A stretch of DNA of 64,000 nt from Octopus vulgaris. Its lineage: Eukaryota. A program made the translations under genes and the position numbers. This document shows positions 54,314 to 64,000 of this stretch, piece after piece (positions within the stretch are counted from its first letter, which is position 1; every line of letters begins with the position of its first letter). A model generated the notes under the pieces. It did not search any database. It was not told the DNA's origin and saw only the letters and a list, made by a program, of their open reading frames with translations. Where the stretch lies: assembly GCA_951406725.2 (NCBI GenBank), contig OX597832.1:46996001-47060000 (forward strand). Reading direction: 5' to 3'.

Positions 54314-54689
54314 CATGTACATGCTAGATGTAAACTATTTCAATTATATGGGTATGATTTTCATAATTGCATGTTCTGACTTCAGTACAAGCAGTCACCC
54401 CTGGGTAGGGGTGAAATGTATTATATAAATTACCCATGAGGGCATATTTAAGATAATGTTCTTGCTCGCTATCATTTTCAATTACCCACCACAAAATATT
54501 TATTTACTTATATAAAATTTTATTCCTTCGTTGCTGGTAGTGGCGGTGGTGGTGGTGTTGTCGACGTCGGTGGCAGTAGTAGTAGTAGTAGTAGTACTAG
54601 TAGCAATAGTAGACATTAGAATTGGTAATTTGAATTAAATCAAAAAGGGATGCGGGATGCGTAACGCGAATAGTGTCGGGGGTAATATG

Positions 54690-54875
54690 AGTTTCAAATT
54701 TTGGCACAGGACCAGCAATTTCGGGGAAGGAGCTAAGTCGCTGAAATTGACACCAAAGAAACGATGAATCTAAAGTCAACCTCAGCAGAATTTGAACTCA
54801 GAAAGTGAAGACGGACGACATGCCGCTAAGCAGTTTTTCCCGGCGTGTAAACGATTCTGCCAACACGTCGCTTCA
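54690..54875 (-). mobile_element. Diverged family B (B2 tail) copy
   Basis: AAAGTCAACCTCAGCAGAATTTGAACTCAGAA...GCCGCTAAGCA...TTCTGCCA. Confidence 0.7.
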
Positions 54876-55164
54876 GTATTGGGGGCTAATATTAAAATGA
54901 TGATCGGGGTACGTCACCGTACGCATTGTTAAAACAGATATCAGATTACCTCAGAGATAAGCTAAAACAGGGGGTAGCTTGATGTCATTACAACGTTATA
55001 CAAATCAAGAATGCTTGTTCATTGAAAGAATGCGTTTGCACTTAACGCCCCCCTTCCAACCCCAACTCCCCCCCACACACACACACATGCATCCACTAAA
55101 ACATTTACAAACAGGTATTCGAAATATTCTCCAAAATTTTCCTTCAACTGCTAAACAATGTATC

Positions 55165-55459
55165 CATTTCTATTCTAGGAACAACGCCTGAAATTTTGGG
55201 GGAGGGGGCCAGTAGATTAGATCGACCCCAGTACGCAACTGGTACTTAATTTATCGACCCCGAAAGGATAAAAGTCAAAGTCGACTCAGACAGAATATGA
55301 ACTCAGAACGTAAAGACAGACTCGCATTCTTATTTCTTTACTGCCCACAAGGGGCTAAACATAGAGGGGACAAACAAGAACAGACAAACGGATTAAGTCG
55401 ATTACATCGACCCCAGTGCGTAACTGGTACTTAATTTATTGACCCCGAAAGGATGAAAG
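55165..55459 (-). mobile_element. SINE family B dimer (B1 unit followed by B2-tailed unit)
   Basis: Two cores with a junction near 55325 after GTAAAGAAATAAGAA. Confidence 0.82.
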
Positions 55460-55469
55460 TATATATATA

Positions 55470-55777
55470 TATTTATGCGCCCTTTTCAAACCTAACCAGA
55501 CTCATGGGCCCGGTTTCCCAGTCTCTGTGGGGCGTATGTGTTCCCCCCAGCTGGACGGGACGCCAGTCCATCGCAGCGTTACTCAAGAAACAGGAAGAAA
55601 GAGTGAGAAAAAGTTGGGGCGAAAGACTGCAACAGGGGTCGCCACCACCCCTTGCCGGAGCCTCGGGGAGCTTTAGGTGTTTAGGCTCAATAAAGACACA
55701 CAGCTCCCGGTCTGTGAATCGTGACCGCGATCCTCTGACCGCGAGTCCGCTGCCCTAACCACTGACCCATTGCGACT

Positions 55778-55781
<4 letters not shown>
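55470..55781 (-). mobile_element. SINE family C2 (V-like domain)
   Basis: Minus strand contains GCTGCGATGGACTGGCGTCCCGTCCAG; colinear with 44010-44330. Confidence 0.88.
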
Positions 55782-55853
<72 letters not shown>

Positions 55854-56194
55854 TTCAATACTGTTAATCAATACAGCTGTCTGTATATATATCGATATTT
55901 ATACAAAATGAATATTTTATAGTGCTATCTTTTTGGCATCTCCATAGATTGCACGCACATCTACTCACACACGCGAATGCATGTGCGTACGCACATTAGC
56001 ATGTATAAATATACATGCGAATATAAGATTCTGCTATCCAAGGCTGTTTTGTATTGTCTCGATATTTGTATACGGTGAGCTTAAGTATGTTACACTCTTA
56101 AGCTTTTGAAAATGGTCTGCTTTTATAGGGTAATATGGTGAGGTTTGCATATAGTTCTAAGTACAATGAATGTGCGTAGAAATATTATATATGT

Positions 56195-57045
56195 TATGTG
56201 CGTGTGTGTGTGGGTGGGTATATATATGTGTATATACATATGTATATGTATATGTAGATATATATTTGTATATGTGTATGTATATATACATTTGTATATG
56301 TATATGCATGTATATGTTTGTTGTGTATAAATATATTATATATACTTCTGTATACTTGTGTGTATATGTAGCAATATGTGTGTGCGTAAGTGTGTATGTT
56401 TGTGTGTGTGTGAGCTCGGGTGGGGGTGTATATATGTATATATACATTTGTATATGTATATGTATGTATATGTTTATGTGTATAAAATCTATCTATTATA
56501 TATACTTGTGTATATATGTGTGTTTATGTAACAATATGTGTGTGCGTGAGTGTGTGTGTTTGTGTGTGTGTGTGAGCTCGGGTGGGGGTGTATATATGTA
56601 TATATACATTTGTATATGTATGTATGTATATGTTTATTTGTGTATAAATGTATCTATTATAAATACTTGTGTATACATGTGTGTATATGTTGCAATATGT
56701 GTGTGTTTATGCGTGTGTATGAGTGTGTAAGTGTGTGTGTGTGGGTGCATATATGCATATATACATTTGTATATGTATATGTATACATACTTTTGTATAT
56801 GTATATGTATGTATATGTTTATGTGTGTATAAATATATGTATTATATATACTTGTGTATACATGTATGTATATGTTGCAATATGTGTGTGAGTGTGTGTG
56901 AGTGTGTGTGAGTGTGTGGCGGGTGTATATATTCATATATACATTTGTATATGTATATGTATGTATATGTTTATGTGTGTATAGATATATGTATTATATA
57001 TACTTGTGTATACATGTGTGTATATGTAGCAATATTTGTGCCTAA
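56195..57045. repeat. Minisatellite, ~5 copies of a ~160-200-bp unit built from TA/TG motifs
   Basis: Landmarks GAGCTCGGGTGGGGGTG (56412, 56574), TACATTTGTATATG, ATACTTGTGTATA and GCAATATGTGTG recur periodically. Confidence 0.85.
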
Positions 57046-57055
57046 CAGTGTGTTT

Positions 57056-57089
<34 letters not shown>

Positions 57090-57531
57090 TGTGTGTGTAT
57101 GTGTGTGTGTGTGTATGTGTACAGGAGAGAGATTCTGTCAAATAGATTAACGCACGCGCATTAGATGCACGAAACGTACCAGCGTATGTATGTATATATT
57201 CGAAGAAGGAAGGAGAAATAGCCACAATTTTATATGTGCATGTGTATGCGTGTGTAAGTGTGTGTGTGTGTGAAATAGCCACAATTTTATATGTGCATGT
57301 GTATGCGTGTGTAAGTGTGTGTGTGTGTCTGTCTGTGTGTGTGTGCGTAAGTGTGAACGTCTCTGTGAGTTTTGGTTAATATATAGAAAGAGCATGGAAG
57401 AGAGAGAGAGAGTATGTGTGTGTGTAGGAGGAAGGAAGATAGTCTTATTCCCCTGCGTACACGATCCCTATTTCAGGAATACAAGAATATAAGAATGAAA
57501 GTCGAAGCAAAGGCAGACGTATGTGTATTTG

Positions 57532-57600
<69 letters not shown>

Positions 57601-57857
57601 CATATATATATATATACACACACACACACATATATATAGAAATACAGCCATATATATGTATATGTATTTATGACTACATATATATATATACATACCCTCA
57701 CATATATACACGCTTACATACATACATATACATATGTATATGTATATAAATATCCATCCATATATATGTATATATATTGATATATTGACGTATATATGTG
57801 TGCATACACACACACACACAATACACACATACATGCATATATATATACACGAAGCGT

Positions 57858-57933
<76 letters not shown>

Positions 57934-58364
57934 ACGCTTCAGATAAATGAAAAGGCTACTGGATTTTAGATTTGTTTCTATTAAATCTGAGGAAAATATA
58001 ATTATCGAAGTTGTTCGTTTGAAAACAGCATATATAGTCCTATTGGCGTCATGTTGGTCGATCGGCGTTTGCAGGCAGCCAATTACGGTTACGTTTATCA
58101 AAAAAGGGGTCAAACTCTCTGGAGATTCCTCTTAACTCGGAAGTAATTAGTTTTTTAAGGGAAGTATCTATTGATAAAGAACAGTGCCGAATTGAGCTCT
58201 GTGTGTTGCTTTGTTCCTCTTAATGTATGAATGGTTGGTTGGATGCGGAAAAGAATTGAGTGAGTGAGAGCTTGGGATAATGATTAGAGAAAAAAAGAGA
58301 AATGCAAGTATGGACGGATGAACGCCATATATATATGTATATATATATGTATATATATATTATA

Positions 58365-58418
<54 letters not shown>

Positions 58419-58666
58419 CACATATATATATATACACATATATATATACACACATATATATATATATATATACACATATATATACACACATATATATACA
58501 CACATATATATATATACACATATATATATACATACATATATATACACATATATATACACGCACACATATATATATATACACATATATATATATGTATTTA
58601 TTTATATATGTATATATATATTTATATATATATACATGTATATATATGTATATATATATATTTATG

Positions 58667-58742
<76 letters not shown>

Positions 58743-59221
58743 CTGTGCATGTGTGTGCTGGAATCATATACTGCTAACTTCACCACTTTGCCTATAAGCC
58801 ATTTTATGAACCAGTGAAACATGAAGCAAGCGTATGTTAACTGCTCTTATGTCGCCATGTTGTGAAAGATGCATTTGTGCATATTTCGTATATGTGATGG
58901 CCCACATGTATTATGAATTACGTTTTATGGTTGCTCTTTCTATTCCCTTTTAGAATTATTCCCAGTAATCTTAACAATATAATATAGCTCTCTGCAAACA
59001 ATCGCTAAAACGGCTGTACTAAATGTCTTATTTATGTGCAGAAATGCCTGTGTAGTTTAGAAGCTGGCTTTAAAGCTTATGTGGTTTCGCGTTCACACTC
59101 CACGGCACTTTGGGCAATTGTTTTCTATGAGAACCCCGATTCGACCAATGCTTTCTCGGTGGATTTCGTGGTTCAGAATGCTGTGAGTTCGAATCTCATC
59201 AAGGTTAACTTTGCCATTCAT

Positions 59222-59403
59222 GCCTCGACGAGACACCGGTCCATGGCAGGATTATTCATTTTTGCCAGCTGGGTGAACTGGAGCAACATGAAATGATGAG
59301 ATTTGCTCAAAAACACAAAACGTCACCCGATCCAGGAAACGAAACCATAATCTTACGATCATGGGACCAGCATCCTAAACACTAGGCCATGCTCCTCCAC
59401 AGT
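59222..59403 (-). mobile_element. Diverged SINE with tRNA head + CORE-like + V-like domains
   Basis: Minus strand GTGGAGGAGCATGGCCTAGTG...TTGAGCAAA...GTTGCTCCAGTTCACCCAGCTGG...CCTGCCATGGACCGGTGTCTCGTC; related to 62418-62615. Confidence 0.7.
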
Positions 59404-60487
59404 AAATTAATGGGTTAATTGGATCGAGTTTTATTTGTGAAATAAAGCTGTTTTGAATTTGATGCAAAAAATGTTTGTAATAGTGAAAAACGGGTGGGAG
59501 TCCCCTAGAAATATGGTCAGGTACAAAACGTTGATTAACCTGGAGCTGTGGTAGTATTTTAGAAGACACTTGCCCTTCGCAGGATTATTCATTTATGCCA
59601 GCGGGGTGGACTGGAGCAAAATAAAACGAACCTAAGACCGTGTAACTGCGAAACAAGCTTCCTAAATACACAACTATGCCCATACATGATCCTTACTGAA
59701 TTTCGAACTCATAAACTATGGTATTGCAAATAGAAAGTTTTCCCTACAAAATAAAACATGACAATTGAACGGATTCAAATCCTTGTTGAAAAATATTCGA
59801 ATTTCTTTTACGATCGATTCGCGTTTAAATATACAGAGAAATTAATTTGGCTACACACTATTTAGATTTCGGATATTAAATGTTTTATAGCTATTTCGTT
59901 GTTAAGGTCTAAAGGGAAATCAACACACATCATAAAATATGATTATATTTATAAATCAGAAACCTTGTAACTCCGTAAGAAACGAATAATTTACAACTAG
60001 ATGATAGCAAAGCAAAAAAAGAAAAAGAAAATAATAATAATCTTCATAGAATATAAATACATAACTGTACAAGTCTTTCGAAGGCTTGTATCTTCACTGT
60101 AATTTTCTATATTATATAAGTGGAGTTTATCAGGTGATATATTCCGGTGATTCAAGACATCTGCAATATTTATGATGTAAAGATTTACAGAAATTTCTTA
60201 TATTTGTGGTATTTATAAGGTGATGGCATATTATATGATTCCTTATCGCTAGTGAAATAAATCATAGATATGGTGAACGAGTAAGTTAATCTGATAGAGT
60301 CGGATTACTTTCAGCCGTCCTACCCATCTTTGTCAAACACACGCCATTTTGTGTTATTAATTTATCAATACGTAGCCCTACCACCACTGAAACCGCTTTT
60401 TTTTTCTCCCAATAGGTGGGTAATACGCGCCCATGTTTGTGCGTGTGTGTGCGTGTGCGTTCCTGTGTGTATGCGTATGTAGAGTAT

Positions 60488-60562
<75 letters not shown>

Positions 60563-60641
60563 TATATACACATATATACAAAATATACATATAGTCACAT
60601 ATAAATATATTTGTGACTATATGTATATGTATATATGTATG

Positions 60642-60683
<42 letters not shown>

Positions 60684-61400
60684 TCTACACGTATATATAT
60701 CTATACACACACACAAACACACATACATATAGATACACACACACACATATATATATATATATAAACATATATAGTATAAAAATACACATATATATGCACG
60801 TTTGTGTGTGTATGTGTATATGTATACGTATGCCTATATATAATGAGGGCGTGTGTGTGTGCGTGTGTCTGAGTGCCTGTGAATATCAGTCATCTTTCTA
60901 TGAATCTATACATCGACCGAGTATTTTTCTTCTTAGTCTATTTTCCTATTTATATATTTGTCCCTACGTCCGGCTATGTCTCTAGTGTTATATATGTCTT
61001 ATGAGGCTTCCAATATGATTTACGTCATCTTCCTACATTATTAGTGTTGAAACCTCGCCCCGTCGGGTCAACTATCTCCCTATAAATCCTTAATTGCAGC
61101 TATTATTTATACAGCGCAATATCATTTTCAATTAAGGGCTGACACGTCCTTCACTCGTCGACTTTTTTCTAATGATATACAAACCAATGATGGTGTATTT
61201 ATATAAAAGGTTATTCAGTCTGCTAGAAACAGTAGCAAAACCTTTTATTAATCATACCGTATCTTCAGAAATAACCAATCCCTTTAAATGCTGTATACTT
61301 AGATGTACCTGAACAGACAGGGTAGTGATTCAAAGAATTATTTCGACCTTACCTCTGCTCGATCAGCTCTAACCAAGGACAATCCAGTGACTACTATGGA

Positions 61401-61936
<536 letters not shown>

Positions 61937-62290
61937 GTGAAGGCGCGTGGCTCAGTGGTTAGAGCGTCGAGCTTACGAACGTGAGGTTGTGACCTCGAAT
62001 CCCGGACCGGGCTGCGTGTTGTGTTCTTGAGCAAGACACTTTATTTCACGTTACTCCAGTTCACTCAGCTGTAGAAATGAGTTGCGACGTCACAGGTGCC
62101 AAGCTGTATCGGCCCCTTTGCCTTTCCCTTGGATAACACTGGTGGCGTGGAGAGGGGAGGCCGGTATGCATGGGCGACTGCTGGTCTTCCATAAAAAACA
62201 ACCTTGCCCAGACTTATGCCTCAGAGGGTAACTCTCTAGGTGCAAACCCATGGTCAGTGTCTGACCGAAGGGGGTCACCACCATCACCAT
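61937..62290 (+). mobile_element. SINE family D (tRNA head + CORE-like domain), full length
   Basis: A-box TGGCTCAGTGG, B-box-like CTCGAATCCC, CORE-like block, 3' hairpin GGTCAG-TGT-CTGACC and (CAC/CAT)n tail. Confidence 0.88.
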
Positions 62291-62417
62291 ATATATATAT
62301 ATATATATATATATCTAAATCTTAAAGAGATTTTCGTTCTCTGAGACACAGGCACAACATCGACTGGCGGGTACTGAAGGTGCTGGAGCCTCATATAATC
62401 TGGACTGGTTCACAAGC

Positions 62418-62615
62418 TGGAGGCGCATGGCTTAGTAGTTACGGTGCTGGAGTCATGATTATAAGATTGTGGTTTCGATTACCGGACCGGGTGACACGTT
62501 GTTTTGTTAAGCAAAACACTTCACTTCACGTTGCTCCTGTCCACTCCTCTGGCGAAAATGGGAAATCCTGCAACGGACCGGCGTCCCGTCCAGATGGAGA
62601 ATATATACGCCATGA
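62418..62615 (+). mobile_element. SINE with tRNA head + CORE-like + V-like domains
   Basis: TGGCTTAGTAG...GTTTCGATTACC...AAGCAAAACACTTCACTTCACGTTGCTCC...CCTGCAACGGACCGGCGTCCCGTCCAG. Confidence 0.75.
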
Positions 62616-63163
62616 AGCCAGCTGGAGACGATGTTCACCTGTGGCTACATGCTACAGTAACGCCCACCCATGGTGGTTAGCCATATTGAGATGGCAAATA
62701 TCCCTCACTATGGATATATCTTCTCGATAAATGTTCCTCGCGCTGAACATTCTTCACGGTGAATTGATGGCGGTGAACTTACCTTTTAAAGATGCTCTTG
62801 CTACTTTTAAAGTGATTCAGCCTTCAAACTGTTGGCACACAAGAAGTGTATCTTTCTTTTGTGTGTACTTCAACTGTGAACTTCTTTCACTTTCGAAACC
62901 ATCCGTTTTAAACCTGCATACCATCAAGTGCAGCTAGATATCTCCAAATATCAGTCTTAGAAGAACTATAGTAATCAGAATGCAGCGGTTTTCGGCCGTA
63001 AATTAGACCCTTAATGGGATTTTGGGGTCGTACTTTCTCAGTAGTGTGTGATAATCAATATTTTTGGTTGGGTATTTGAGCTTAGATTCAAGTGCTTCTC
63101 TATAATATAAAGACTGTCTAGATAGAGATATATGGATGGATGTATTTATACACAAACACGCAC

Positions 63164-63209
<46 letters not shown>

Positions 63210-63214
<5 letters not shown>

Positions 63215-63420
63215 CGTGATCACCGTAACCGACCAGGGTATCAGATGCGCTTCGCATTGTTTTAGCCTTCAAATGACACCACCCCGCTGGCTAAGCCCCC
63301 CGCCACGGAGCCTCGTGGAGCTTTTAGGTGTTTTCGATCAATAAACACTCACAACGCCCGCTCTGGGAATCGAAACCGCGATCCTACGACCACGAGTCCA
63401 CTGCCCTAACCGCCTCCACA
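63210..63420 (-). mobile_element. SINE family C head with a fourth tail type
   Basis: Head matches C up to GCTCCACGAGGCTCCG, then unrelated sequence ending GGTTACGGTGATCACGGTGAT(AT)n. Confidence 0.75.
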
Positions 63421-64000
63421 CACACACACACACACATATATATACCGACCACACACGCAAGCACGCACACATTTATCTTTTAATTTCACTTATTTCACTC
63501 ATTAGACTGTGGCCATTAGACTGGGGCTCCGCCAAATCTGTTAATTCAACACAAGCTATAAATTACAGAACTCAATACCCATGTGTAGAGCATTCTCTAA
63601 TGCATTATAATATAGAATGTACTTAGTCCACTAATCCTAGCTACACATTTCCGATCGTTCAGCCGGTAATCTGAGCCTCCTTTTCCTTTGAAATATCTCT
63701 CTTTCGACTATTATACGAACGTAATAAGGAAAGCGCTTATCTTTATGTTTATTTTAATGTATATATTAATATGTATAAAATCATGCACTCATGCTTAAAC
63801 AGATAGATGGAGAGAGAGCGTTTCCCCTTAGGATACTGACATGGGATTTGAAAATTCAGATTAGTTTTCCTAGACGACTGAAGAATTTAGTTTCAGGTTT
63901 TCCACTTTTTCTTGCAGACATTCACTCACCTTTCCATATGTTAGCGTATACACGAGCATACGAAAATATGTATATGGCAATTGTGCACTCATATATATAT

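Overview
Eukaryotic, AT-rich, microsatellite-saturated intergenic or intronic DNA. The SINE families and repeat landscape suggest an octopus (coleoid cephalopod) genome; this is an inference from recognition, not a search result. No host protein-coding gene is supportable, and almost all entries in the ORF track are simple-repeat artefacts. The only real coding content is mobile. (i) An apparently intact L1/Tx1-type non-LTR retrotransposon lies on the minus strand (1-~3540): ORF1 has a CCHC knuckle, ORF2 has an APE endonuclease and stays open to the window edge, the two overlap by ATGA, and the 5' end abuts a (GATA)n tract. (ii) There are two Tc1/mariner transposase remnants and an R4/Dong-type CCHC+RHD fragment. 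The rest is dozens of tRNA-headed SINEs of at least four families carrying CORE-, V- and Meta-like central domains in shuffled combinations, head-to-tail multimers of one SINE with recurrent junctions, small elements nested in (TAA)n and (TA)n tracts, a ~415-bp foldback element, and higher-order microsatellite arrays. Three unrelated Penelope-type minimal hammerhead ribozyme motifs can be folded by eye (28104-28141 +, 40913-40998 -, 52325-52370 +). Family labels A-D are my own working names, and SINE boundaries are approximate (about +/-10 bp).
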